Under the pieces are notes generated by a model that saw nothing but the letters and a program-made list of their open reading frames with translations, did not search any database and was not told the origin of the DNA. A DNA stretch of 63,415 nucleotides, filler included, from Octopus bimaculoides (taxonomy: Eukaryota): NCBI RefSeq assembly GCF_001194135.2. It is 6 parts of 6 records of this genome, joined end to end, with 100 filler letters (N's around TTAATTAATTAA, not from the genome) between each part and the next. Parts side by side here need not be neighbours in the genome. Positions count along the whole stretch, not along the records: positions 1 to 7,853 come from NC_068984.1; positions 7,954 to 25,878 come from NC_069002.1; 4 more parts are not named here. One strand, given 5' to 3'. The first letter of the stretch is position 1; each line of letters begins with the position of its first letter. Shown piece by piece: positions 1 through 12,168 of this stretch. The translations under genes were made by a program, and so were the position numbers.

Positions 1-43
<43 letters not shown>

Positions 44-45
44 TA
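1..45. repeat. (AT)n microsatellite
   Basis: Direct reading; it abuts the SINE head at 46, as in other family A copies. Confidence 0.95.
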
Positions 46-195
46 CGACGGGCTTCTTTCAGTTTCCGTCTACCAAATCCACTCACAAGGCTTTGGTCGG
101 CCCGAGGCTATAGTAGAAGACACTTGCCCAAGGTGCCACCCAGTGGGACTGAACCCGGAACCATGTGGCTGGTAAGCAAGCTAGTTACCAGACAG
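46..195 (-). mobile_element. tRNA-derived SINE family A (CORE-like), 5' half
   Basis: Reverse complement of the recurrent head ...TGGTTCCGGGTTCAGTCCCACTG...GGCACCTTGGGCAAGTGTCTT...GAAAGAAGCCCGTCG. It has pol III A/B-box-like motifs and a CCTTGGGCAAGT CORE-like block; more than 20 copies occur in the window. Confidence 0.9.
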
Positions 196-204
196 TGAAC
201 TATC

Positions 205-578
205 TAAGCATGACGCTTGAAGTGGCCATGCTGGAGCACCGCCTTTAGTTGAGCAAATCGCCCCCAGGACTTATTCTTTGTAAGCCTAGCACTTATTCTA
301 TTGGACTCTTTTGTTGTGAAGCGGTGGTGGGGGACAAACATATACAAACACGCACACACACATGCGCACACACACACATGCGCACACACACATGCGCACA
401 CACACACATGCGCACACACACACACAGAATATATGTATGCACATATATACATCGGGAATCTTTCAGTTTCCGTCTACCAAATCCACTCACAAGGCTCTGG
501 TCGACTCCAGGTTAGAGTAGAAGACACTTGCCCAAGGTGCCACGCAGTCGAACTAAACCCGGAACCATGTGGTTGGGA
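205..578 (-). mobile_element. SINE family A, near full length with central (CA/CG)n tract
   Basis: Head at 458-578, tail (CCATGCTGGAGCACC, GACTTATTCTTTGTAAGCC) at 205-345. Confidence 0.85.
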
Positions 579-1586
579 TGCGCCTACGATGACGATAATA
601 ATAGTAGTAGTAGTAGTAGTACTGGTAGTAGCGATATTAGTAGCAGTATTAGTGGTAGCCATTGTCGTCATTCGTCGTATTTATAAAATAACAAAAAGAG
701 CGACAAATTTATAAGAATCAGAAAAGAAACAAAAAATAAAGCGTCCTAATAAACAAGATGGCGGCATGAAGAAAGGAAATAAACTGTCTAAGTCCAGCTA
801 CCATATTTCGCTTGATTGTAGTGGTTTGTCTTGTGTTGTCTTCGTATTTTTTTTATATCCATCAACTTCGATTTGTTATAGCGTACGAGTATCCTTAACC
901 AATAAATACACAAATAAATACATAAATACATAAATACATAAATAAATACATACATAAAGAAATGCTGGGAGATTCCACCATTTTGTTTATCAGAGTCTTG
1001 TTTGTTTTTTATGTTTTGCAGCTACATTTGGATTCCTTTTGTTTTTGAAAATAGATAAAATGCCTCGGAGGGACATCTTATATAATGAGATAAATCTGGT
1101 GTGTTCAGAAATCACACAAGAAAGGGGAAAAAAAATCTAAATAAATATATAAATAAATAGGTAAAAATAGCTGCATTATCCTTCCTCCTCGTTCGAAAAT
1201 AATATCAAAAGTAACACGCACGCGCACGCACACACACAGACATACACACGCACGCACGCACACAGACATACACGCGAACGCACACAGACACACATGCACG
1301 CGCGCACGCACGCACACAAACAGACCTGAGACTTAAGAAAAAAAAACGGAAAAAAATAGTCAAGGCTGTTCTGTAGAGATTTTAAGTAGAGTCTATATTG
1401 TTCAAAGTAAATGTATGTTGTTTTTTTTNNNNNNNNNNNNNNNNNNNNNNNNNNNNNNNNNNNNNNNNNNNNNNNNNNNNNNNNNNNNNNNNNNNNNNNN
1501 NNNNNNNNNNNNNNNNNNNNNNNNNNNNNNNNNNNNNNNNNNNNNNNNNNNNNNNNNNNNNNNNNNNNNNNNNNNNNNNNNNNNNN

Positions 1587-1588
<2 letters not shown>

Positions 1589-1638
<50 letters not shown>

Positions 1639-1718
1639 TTCTTCTTCTTCTTCTTCTTCTTCTTCTTCTTCTTCTTCTTCTTCTTCTTCTTCTTCTTCTT
1701 CTTCTTCTTCTTCTTCTT
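1589..1718. repeat. Compound (TAC)n-(TTC)n microsatellite
   Basis: Direct reading; it follows an N-gap. Confidence 0.95.
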
Positions 1719-1796
1719 GTACTTTGGGCACTAAATTCAAATCCCGCTGTAGTCTATTATTCCTTTCATCCTTCCGGTGAAGGGAGTGTATATTAA

Positions 1797-1815
1797 ATCA
1801 TCATCATCATCATCA

Positions 1816-1889
<74 letters not shown>

Positions 1890-1902
1890 ATTATTATTAT
1901 TG
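1797..1902. repeat. (ATC)n/(ATT)n microsatellite
   Basis: Direct reading. Confidence 0.95.
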
Positions 1903-2409
1903 ACTGAGAGAGCATTGCTTGCCATCAAAGTGCCACTGGGGTATAATTATACCAAGTCCAATATACCCATCATGACTACCCGTCTGATAAGGGTACACCA
2001 AGCATATGCATCACAACCATATGTGCGCGACATTGTTACCTCATATCAAGTTTAACACCTTGCAGGTGGAGCCGAGTAAGAATTTTCTTCAGATCGAGTA
2101 GCTCATCCTATTCAAAAGATCCCTGAATAAGGTTCGTTTAAGGATTTTGAACGAAACACCCGTGCTTCCAAAGATGAATTATAGAAACCCCAAAGAATTC
2201 CTCTCAACACAAGGCTATGATGCTCCCCTACTACTTCTGCTCGTGATCAGAGATGCACATATCATCAGCCACTAAGGGACATGCTCAACTGGTTAAGGTA
2301 AAACAACTGACAAACAAATCTGTAGTATTGAGCAGAATATTTGCTGTGGCCCATCTTTTATACCAAGACAAAACAATGTACATGATAACACTTCCAATCA
2401 GTTAAGATC
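1903..2409 (-). mobile_element. Non-coding interspersed element embedded in (TAA)n, possibly a Dong/R4-mobilised 3' UTR or SINE
   Basis: About 500 bp of complex sequence flanked on both sides by (ATT)n; on the minus strand it ends directly in an (AAT)n tail. The family assignment is inference. Confidence 0.45.
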
Positions 2410-2419
2410 NNNNNNNNNN

Positions 2420-2653
<234 letters not shown>

Positions 2654-3464
2654 TGTTGTTTTCCTCTTAAGACCTGCTTTACAAGTGGTCGGTGAGTTTA
2701 TTGAATATTTGTCTGTTATTTGCTCATTTACTGATTTGTTGGGGAGTTTTGTTTTCCATAATAGTTACGGAGTCAACAAAAACTCCAGAGGGCATTTTAA
2801 TTGTTCTGTTTCTCGTCCCCTGGTATTAATATTTGAAAACATTTTCGACAACTTCTTTAAAAAAAAATATAAGACAAAAAAAAAAAAAAAAAACACATTG
2901 AATCTGAAATATGGCGCAGTTCTTTATGGGCGAATCAGCGAGAGGGGAAGTGGGAGATAATTTTTAAGAACTACATTCCTTTTAACATTCCAAACCATCG
3001 CTTTTTCCAATCAACAACACAACCATCGACGCTACTTCCACCATAGCGGGCAGTATTTACATCAACAACAACAACAACAACCTGTCAAAGTGCAGCTGCA
3101 GCAGCAACAGTAACAACTACAATGGATGTCAAAATATAATTACCAACTTGTCCAATGCTAAAGGCAACAACATCAACATCGCCAACAGATGAACTGATCG
3201 TCGCCATCTTCAATCACTTCTTTCACAACTGTTGTAACAAAATCTCTCCCGCTATCTTGCCCCAAACTAAACTATGATTTTATACCGACAAATGCACCCC
3301 TCTACTCGTACACACACCAATACAGCATTATGAACCACATTCTTTCCATAAAAATAAATGATTTTTACAAGAACTGCCAGAAAAGACATAATTTGTGACA
3401 CAGCTCCACGCTTGGCTTTTTGGAAATCCGATGCGAAACTGGTTAGTTTGTGTTTAATTATTCT

Positions 3465-3626
3465 TTTATTCTTTTATTAGTGGCCATGCTGGAGCATCGA
3501 CTTTGGTCGAACAAATCGACCCCAGAACTTATTCTTTGTAAGCCTAGCACTTATTCTATCGGTCTCCATTACGGGGACGTAAACACACCAGCATCGGTTG
3601 TCAAGCGATATTGAGAGGACAAACAC

Positions 3627-3659
<33 letters not shown>

Positions 3660-3692
3660 CGACGGGCTTCTTCCAGTTTCCGTCTACCAAAG
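3465..3692 (-). mobile_element. SINE family A, truncated
   Basis: Tail plus start of the head, matching other copies. Confidence 0.85.
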
Positions 3693-3973
3693 TGGGATAC
3701 ATAAAGGACACTAATCCATGCAAAATACTTGTTATGGTCTCTGCAGATAGAACTACGCCAGGTCAAGAAGTCTTATGATTGATATTGTACTCCAGGTGAA
3801 CTAGTATTGTACTCCAGGAGAATCCCGAATACCAATATGTGACTTAACGTGGACTAACCGATTATAATAGATAAAAAGTGAGTGAACTATCAGTGGGGCC
3901 TAGTTGACTGTGTTAGTTCGAACGTGTTGGTTTACCGTGTCAGTTCAACGTATGTTGGTTTGTAAGTAAACAT

Positions 3974-4520
3974 CTTTCTGACGCTTACTTACAAGTGGAA
4001 GACGAATGTTCTAAGCTGCTAACAATTAACGCCCATAAAGGTTTGTAGAAATTTAACCGGCTCCCGTTTGGCATAAAAGTTGCTCCGGCGATTTTCCGTT
4101 GTCGGAAAAACGTTCTCGATTAAACATGTGACCACTCCGACGTATCGTCCTAAGTCAAAGGAAGGCGAACAACGAGAAAATGGATGACCTAGCACTTCAA
4201 CTGTTTTTGAGGATATATCGAGTGAAGCCAAATTCCAAAACTCCGCCTGGAATGTCACTTGCGGAATTAATGTTCGCTTGTTCGCTAGGAAGATAAGCTT
4301 CGTGTTCGATAAGTTGTTACCGTGTAAAAAACGAAAAATATCGGACAATAAATATAAAAAAAATACTTTTCAAAATTGGTGACAAAGTTTTCTTCAAAAT
4401 GTATAAAAACGGTAAAGAAATGTGAGAAGATAGAGTGATTCCTAAACAGATTGGAAAAGTGTTATTTTTGGTAAAAGGTCACAACTACGAACATAAAAGA
4501 CATATAGATCTAATTAAGAA
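3974..4520 (+). mobile_element. Ty3/Gypsy LTR retrotransposon pol remnant (RT and integrase fragments, internally deleted)
   Basis: Translates to LSDAYLQVEDECSKLLTINAHKGL*KFNRLPFGIKVAPAIF (RT), KHVTTPTYRPKS (integrase core end) and KIGDKVFFKMYKNGKEM*...KRHIDLIK (integrase C-terminus). Confidence 0.85.
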
Positions 4521-6165
4521 TGGTTTACCGAGGAAACGGTCACAAGAAAGGAAATTCTGATGGAAGAATAGGAAGAAAAATTTCGCCATTGATGAAAAGG
4601 GATTTGGCAGAGGGTGGATCCAAGATCTACTTTTGAGTACTATGTGAGAAATCACCCTATTGACCCCACTTAAAGCAAGAAATGTATTGCTTCTTGTATA
4701 TGAAATAAGTAAAACTTACATAAATATTAACAGGATGTTAATGGTGATCACGCAACCCCCACCCTCACACACAGGGACTTCTAGGGGATTCTGAGTCAGC
4801 CTGCTCGTCAGGAGCACCATGACGATTGTTCTCTCGTCCTTAATTTTGAACCTACAGAAACACGCTTTCAGTCGGTCCGTTCACTTGTGCCTGTCTCACT
4901 CCATTCGCCCACATTTCTACGTAAGGTGACGCTGGACAACGTGAACAAGACTTATGTAATAGAGAAACACAAAAACAAAACTATACAAAGCATAAATCAT
5001 TGGAAGTTTGAGGGAACGATTGTGAAACAAGAAATACGTTGCGGTCCAAATGCATCATAGAATATAACCAGAAATAGTATTATCCACCCAATTCGATTAA
5101 AAAAGAGGATTCGAATTGGAGAGTAAAGAATCCTTAAATGCAGAAGTGATAAAATCCAAAGAATAGAAATGGATTCTTTAGCGAAGAATATATTCGTGGA
5201 ATTTAAGGAGATGTTTGAATGCAATTAGCTTGAGGGCGATATCCTTAATAAGGTTTGAAGCAAGGATAAAGGATCGTGACAAGAAGACGAAGAAGCAGCG
5301 CAAGATCCACTGAAGCATGTATCTCCAATTAGATGTGGATCAATTATACTGGAAAAGAACAGAAGGAAGAGAGTTAACGAGTATTTAAGAGGTGGTCGAA
5401 GTAGAGAGAATATGTCTTGGATATTATGGAGAAGAGAAAAAGTTAGTCACCTCGAGGAGGTGATAAATGAAGAGCTGTTTATAGAGATAGCAGAGCCCAA
5501 AGGAGAGAAAAAAGACCCATGAAAATGTAAAACAGCAAGAATATTAATCTTCGAAGGAGAAACAAACACAAAAATAATAAAAAATAACTAAAAACAAAAG
5601 CGAAAACAATCTTCGTTCAGTAATTTTCAAAAAGACCAGAGAGATAGAACATGACAAAGAGAGCCTTGCTTTGAACAAAAAAAGGCGTTTTGATGTAAAA
5701 GATCGAGGGAACGATTTCAGCAGCTTTGGAACTGAGACTCCTTTGGGCAAATTGGATTAAGGACAGAAAATAACTGATAAGCAGGAGTTTTTACTGAAAT
5801 CTAGATTTTGCGATGATAAAACGAGATTATAGTTCACATTGTACAGAATGCTCACATTTAGATCGAAATATATACAAAACGTAGTTATAATAACATGGCT
5901 ACAATATTTGCCTGGGATTTTTGCAGGAGTTCAGATCTTGCTTCCACTGAAAATTTCTACGAGTATTTTGCTGGAACAGGAATAATAATCCTAGTAATTG
6001 TTGGCTTTCTTAGACAAAGCGAAATGAGAAGACAAGAGGAAGAATATTTTAGTCGGTGATAAGAAGGAAACGGGTCTCGTAATTGACGTGGCACATCTAG
6101 TTAAAAGCAAAATCGAGAGGAAGCGAAATAAGATGGTAAATTAAATTAACTTGAAGTAAACACAC

Positions 6166-6325
6166 CAGCGAAGTTGGGGGACAGTTTTCGTCTACTATAG
6201 CCTCAGGCCGACCAAAGCCTTGTGAGTAGATTTGGTCGGGCCGAGGCTATAGTAGCCAAGGTGCCACGCAGTGGGACTGAAATCGGAACCATGTGGTTGG
6301 TAAACAAGCTACTTACAACACAGCC
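6166..6325 (-). mobile_element. SINE family A fragment with internal fold-back
   Basis: Minus-strand head plus an inverted copy of CTACTATAGCCTCNGGCCGACCAAA. Confidence 0.8.
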
Positions 6326-6351
6326 ATTCTTGTGCCTATGTATATGAATAC

Positions 6352-6411
<60 letters not shown>

Positions 6412-6528
6412 CTCTCTCTATCTCTCTATCTATCTGTCTGTCTATCTATCTATAGGTATATATATGTATATATATGTATATATATATGTGTATANNNNNN
6501 NNNNNNNNNNNNNNNNNNNNNNNNNNNN

Positions 6529-6568
<40 letters not shown>

Positions 6569-7853
6569 AGAATTACTCAATATCTTAATAAGAATACCTA
6601 TTTCTTATACTTTTACAAGAAAGGGATAAAAGTGACTTTAAATTGTCGGCCAGCGAACCTTCATCAGAAACTACGTCGAAGGCTAGCAAGCCTTCGTGTG
6701 AGTGACACCTGAAGGAAAGAACTGGACTTTCCAATCCCTCCCTCTCGGATCATATATCCTCAACCAATCAACTTGCCTGTTAGCTGATATTGTTCTGAGC
6801 CACATTCTCTCTATAAAAATAAATGATGCTTACAACAAGGGCTAAAAAGACCCAATTTACGATACAGCTCCACATAGTATACGCTTTTGAAAATCTGATG
6901 AGAAACCGGTTTGGTTTGTGTCTATACATAGTATACATAGCTATATTTCAAAATTTAAATATATATATGTATATACGTGAAGGGGAAGAATTTGCAAATA
7001 TACAAATCAAAAGGCTGCTATCGCATTGCTAATTATTTTAAGCCAGAAGTATAAAAATCTATCTAATTAATTATCAGGAGTTGATATAAGTACAAAACAG
7101 TTAAGAGAAATTGTTAGAACCAGTAATCAGGGATTATAAATAAATAACTGTAAGAGATTAAGTAACAGTAAGACTAAAACTACATACGACCTAATTTAGA
7201 AGACTAGGTATCAATGGTGCAGCTGAAAGAGTAAGGTGAAGATATGGATTTGAAATTGGGTGGAAGAGTAAATTAAACAAGTACGAAGTGAAGAAGATAA
7301 AACCAAAACGAAACTAAAGTGAAAGTAAAACAGAAGAAAAATAAAGAAATAAAGAACAAAATGAAATTAAATTAGAAAAATAAGGGAGTTGGATAATAGA
7401 AATAATAAAATTGGTATCTTCCAATCAAATGACTCGATAGAAAGGGTCAGGGAAAAGAAATCTATAATTAATACAATTAAGAAAATTGTCAATTACCATT
7501 TAATTCTGATAGGTATTTTTTCTAAGCTATTAGACAAGGAAAGTGTGCGGGTGTTATTTTACTTATTTGTTCCTAAGATTAATTAGATTAATAGAAGGAA
7601 TGACCTAAAGGCTTTGTGGCAAAAATACTTGTGTCTTACCGAGAGTTCAGGGCTTTTATTCTGGTTGTTATTCTCTGACGTATTAACAATGGTAAGGCGA
7701 AGTTCACATCTCTTTTTTGCCAATATCGTAAGGGGGAGCACTGCTCAACATTGACGACTTAATAGTATTCTTTGTTTTGTTACTTGTAAGCCCCTAATAC
7801 ACACACACACACACATAGAAACAAACATATATATACATATGTATATATATATA

Positions 7854-7953
7854 NNNNNNNNNNNNNNNNNNNNNNNNNNNNNNNNNNNNNNNNNNNNTTA
7901 ATTAATTAANNNNNNNNNNNNNNNNNNNNNNNNNNNNNNNNNNNNNNNNNNNN
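7854..7953. other. Artificial scaffold linker N44-TTAATTAATTAA-N44
   Basis: Exactly 100 bp; the same motif recurs five times in the window and has stop codons in all six frames. Confidence 0.9.
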
Positions 7954-8082
7954 AGACTTCATTGAAGACCATTGTCACTGGTCGTGAGACAAGGGTTTGT
8001 GGTTTCTGCTCGATGCGTTCGGTCATCTTGCGGGGAATCGAAAATCCGAAAAGCGTGCACTACACATCCGCACTGAAGACAG

Positions 8083-8465
8083 GTGTAGGCGTGGCTGTGA
8101 GGTAAGAAGTTTGCTTCCCAACTGCAAGGTACCGGGTTCAGTTCCACTGCGTACCACCTTGAGCAAGTGTCTTCTACTATAAGCCTCAGGCCGACCAAAG
8201 ATGTGTGAGTGAACTTGGAAGACGGAAACTGAAAGAAGCCCGTCGTGTGTGTGTGTGTGTGTGTGTTTCTACCTGTGTTTGTCCCCCACCACCGCTAGAC
8301 AACCGGTGTTGGTGTATTTACTTCCTCGTAACTTAGCTGTTCGATAGAATAAGTAACAGGCTTTTTAAAAAACAAGTACTGGGGTCGCGTCGCCCGATTG
8401 AAATGCTTCAAGGCGGTGCCCCAGCATGGCCGCAGTCTAATGACTGGAACAAAGTAAAAAATAAA
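8083..8465 (+). mobile_element. SINE family A, full length
   Basis: GGCGTGGCTGTGAGGTAAG head, central (GT)n, tail ending GACTGGAACAAAGTAAAA. Confidence 0.9.
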
Positions 8466-8491
8466 AGATATATATAAATTATATATATATA

Positions 8492-8800
8492 GGCGCTGGC
8501 GTGGCTGTGTGGTAAGAAGCTTGCTTCCCAACCACATGGTTCCGGGTTCAGTCCCACTGCGTGCCGCTTTGGCCAGGTGTCTTCTAACCTTAACCTGTTG
8601 TAAGTATATATATATATATATTTGTGTGTGTGTCTCCACTGTCATCGCTTGACAATCGATGCTGGTGTTTTATGTACCCGTAAACTAGCAGTTCGGCAAA
8701 AAATACCGATAGAATAAGTCTTGGGGTCGATTTCTTCGACTAACACCCTTTAAGGCGTGCTCCAGCATGGCCGCAGTCAAATGACTAAGAGAATAAATAT
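8492..8800 (+). mobile_element. SINE family A, tandem second copy with internal deletion
   Basis: Head, central (AT/GT)n and tail motifs. Confidence 0.85.
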
Positions 8801-8829
8801 ATGTATTGTGAGAGCGGTCAACGATTTTG

Positions 8830-9015
8830 AAGGGAGGGAGTCAATCGTTTACATCGACCCCAGTACTTGACTGGTACTAAATTTCTTTATCTTTTAAGGA
8901 CCCACGAGCGAATGAGAGACAAAGATGACTGTGGCGGGATTTGAATTCAGAACGTATGAAGGCCGACAGAAACACAACAAGGCAATTTGTCCCGAGACTA
9001 ACGATTTGGCCAAAA
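8830..9015 (-). mobile_element. tRNA-derived SINE family B (Meta-domain-like), degraded
   Basis: ATCGACCCCAGTAC...CTGGTACT and GGATTTGAATTCAGAACGT match the reverse complement of the family B consensus seen at 46935-47110. Confidence 0.75.
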
Positions 9016-9777
9016 GACTATTCCTCTTTCTTTCATTTGCAGAACCTTCGTCTGTTGACTCTCAGACGAAAGTCTACAATTAAAATGAAGGAAGGAAACA
9101 AGAATGAGCCTTATTTGAGTTATTATTTAAATAAATAAATATATTCACTCAACCGAGTGTTTTGCTCTAGATTGTGGTGCGTCCAGTTTGTGTGCGTGCA
9201 TGTACACTAATTTGATTCAATCATATTTATAAACCGCCTTAGAAGAAAAAGAAAACGCGGGTAGGATATACCAAATTAAAAATAATTTCTTTCGTCATAA
9301 TGCGTGCATGAGTACTCGGTGACCAAAAACGTTCATAATTCGATTCTAGATCGAAGTGGGGAAACTGCTTCACTAAGGTCGCTGAGAAGACTTGATAACG
9401 AAAATATACTATAATTTTGAAACCTTATCCTATCCTCTCTCTGTCTGTCTTTCTTTCTGTGGTGTTTTGCCTACGTAAAATATAAAGAAATCAATCGATA
9501 GTCTAGCACATCAACATTCTATGACCCAACTATTACATATAGATTGATAGAAGAGGAAACTGTGAATACACGGAATAAGGATAACAAAGCAGAGATCGAA
9601 TAGAAGTGGAATGGTGAAGATAGATAGATAGAATGGAGCAGAGGGAGATAAAATAGAACATGGGTGGATAGAAGAGAAAAGGGGTGGATAGAATAGAGCG
9701 GGAGTAGAAACAGCCAACAAGGCAGAAATAGATAGAAAAGCAAAGCCAGAACGGGGAGAGAGAGACAGAGAGAGACA

Positions 9778-9778
9778 G

Positions 9779-9837
<59 letters not shown>

Positions 9838-9838
9838 G
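9778..9838. repeat. (AGAT)n microsatellite
   Basis: Direct reading. Confidence 0.95.
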
Positions 9839-10300
9839 TTGGAAAAGAAAGGAGGAAAACACGCTCAGTGTACGTGTATGTGTATAATGAGAGAGAGAGG
9901 GAGAGTACGAGTAGTTCTAACTTAGCCATCCTCTCAGCAAAATGGCACGAAATCGCACAAGTGGCCGTGTTTTCAGCTATTTCCGAATTCTAGTCTCGGT
10001 GGTTTTGCAAAATCCGAAAGAATTAATTGGAGAAAACAAAAGAATTTGATTAATTAATAAATTAATTAGCTAATTTACATAAAACGCATGACGGTGTGGG
10101 AGGTAACGTCAGGTTATTACGTTTATACTGAGACAAAAAGAAAATGAGATGGGGGGTTGATGGGTTTAAGAAAAGCCGTTTTGCCTTGTCTTGGAATGAA
10201 CGATGATGATGATGCTGTATTCAATCGATTGAAATGAGATAGATAGATAGATAGATAGATAGATACACAGATAGATAGATACACAGATAGATAGATACAC

Positions 10301-10340
<40 letters not shown>

Positions 10341-10783
10341 GTGTGTGTGTGTATATATATATATCTATATATATATTATTTATATATATAAATATATACA
10401 CACACAAATACACACGCACACGCTCGCACAAACATGCACAATAATGTGTACGTGTATGTTTTCGAATCGGCGGCATTACATAGGTTTTCAAAACTGGAGT
10501 GCCGACATGAAGTTTTAGCGGCTCGGTTTCGATTCGCACGTTGGAACATTCCTCTAAGTCGATAACCACAGGACATTTTCTCTTTTAGTGCCTCAATTGC
10601 AAATTATATAATCTAGAATGCTTCACAGGAATATTAAATCTACATCAATACAAGAGTACTACTTCATCTTATCGACACCCACTCACGCTCCAGGCAGCAG
10701 GAGAGAAGAACACAGTTTACCTCGACGGAATTTGAACTCAGAACGAAAACAAGTGGATGTTAATAATAAGTACAGTAAATCAA

Positions 10784-10937
10784 TTAGTGTTTCCCATTAT
10801 TTTTTATGTCGTTAATAATTCCCTGGGAATTAATAACTCCTACATCTACTTCTGTAATCGGAGGTGTGCTGTCAGGCCCACACAATGTAGTTGTCTCTGT
10901 TGAAGGCGTCAGCAAGTAACTATTTTCGTAACTACAT
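10784..10937 (-). CDS. Candidate terminal coding exon (unknown protein)
   Basis: Non-repetitive open frame CSYENSYLLTPSTETTTLCGPDSTPPITEVDVGVINSQGIINDIKNNGKH* after a modest acceptor (tttgatgtcgtcccgaAG). No homology recognised. Confidence 0.25.
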
Positions 10938-11005
10938 CTTCGGGACGACATCAAACATAATTCACATACAAATGGTATACAGCGAATTCCACACACAAAA
11001 ACACG

Positions 11006-11038
<33 letters not shown>

Positions 11039-11832
11039 GTATGCAACATATATACACAAATATATCAACTATATACAGTTGTGTGTGAGTATGTATATAT
11101 AGCACATATCTTCCCGCACACAAGTAAGTCGCTTCCAGCGATTCATTTTCCAGTTAGTTGTTCGATTACTCACCTATACACACCAACACTTGTAACTATT
11201 AACGCATCTTCAAGCAGAATCTGAGTAACGTGTAGGACAAAGCAGTAAACTTGCTTTTTAATGAAAGGTATAAATCACTCTCTCTCACTCTCTTTTTCTC
11301 TCTCTCTCTATATATATATGAGAGAGAGAAAGATACATACACATACACACAGTTCAACATCGTGTACAACCGTTCATCCAGACACTTTGTTTCTCTCGGG
11401 GTTTTTTTTTCTCTCTTTCCTTTCTCCATCTGTTTTTCTCTCCTCATTCCTTTCAGTGAAAGAGCGTAGGGCCGAAACGTCAAAGACATTCATTTTTACA
11501 AAGCGTCAAACTAATATACCATGTTTGTTCTTCCCTCACCTGCCTCTGGCTTTTGTACAATTTTGAACCATATATATATATACATACATATATATATATA
11601 TATGTATATATATGGAATGTATGTATGCCAGAGAGGGAGATGTTTCATCTTTCGTCATAAAGCCTTACAGAGTTCGATCCCTCTCTCCCTCTTCTACACG
11701 AGAAGGGCGTGATCAGTGTCATTTCCTCTAATTTCTCTTTTAGTAAACACCATCCCAATGTTGGAATCCGTTGACTCATTCGTGACTTTGGTCTTAGAAA
11801 TAGCAGGATTAGAACGCAATATGTGCGCGCGC

Positions 11833-11883
<51 letters not shown>

Positions 11884-11887
11884 AACA

Positions 11888-12131
11888 CAGTCGCGGCCAA
11901 AAGTTGTGAACATATTTTCGTACATGTGATGTATTAGCGTCTATTTATTCAAAGTAAGCTATTTGGCCTATAACTATATTTTTGATTTTTGCCAATTTTT
12001 TTTCTCCTAGATATTGAACCAGTTATTACGTAAGTACATCTCTTACGCTGTGTACATATCTGAATCGAATTGTACTTGGACAGAACAATTCTAATTTTGT
12101 TTTAAATGTTCCAAATTTTGGGCCACGACTG
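11888..12131. mobile_element. Tc1/mariner-type MITE
   Basis: Terminal inverted repeats CAGTCGCGGCCAAAAGTTGTGAACAT and ATGTTCCAAATTTTGGGCCACGACTG; followed by TA on the right (CA on the left). Confidence 0.75.
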
Positions 12132-12133
12132 TA

Positions 12134-12168
<35 letters not shown>

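Noticed and set aside
7080-7720. Strand-biased AT-rich tract suggestive of decayed coding DNA
   Set aside because: No recognisable motif in any frame.
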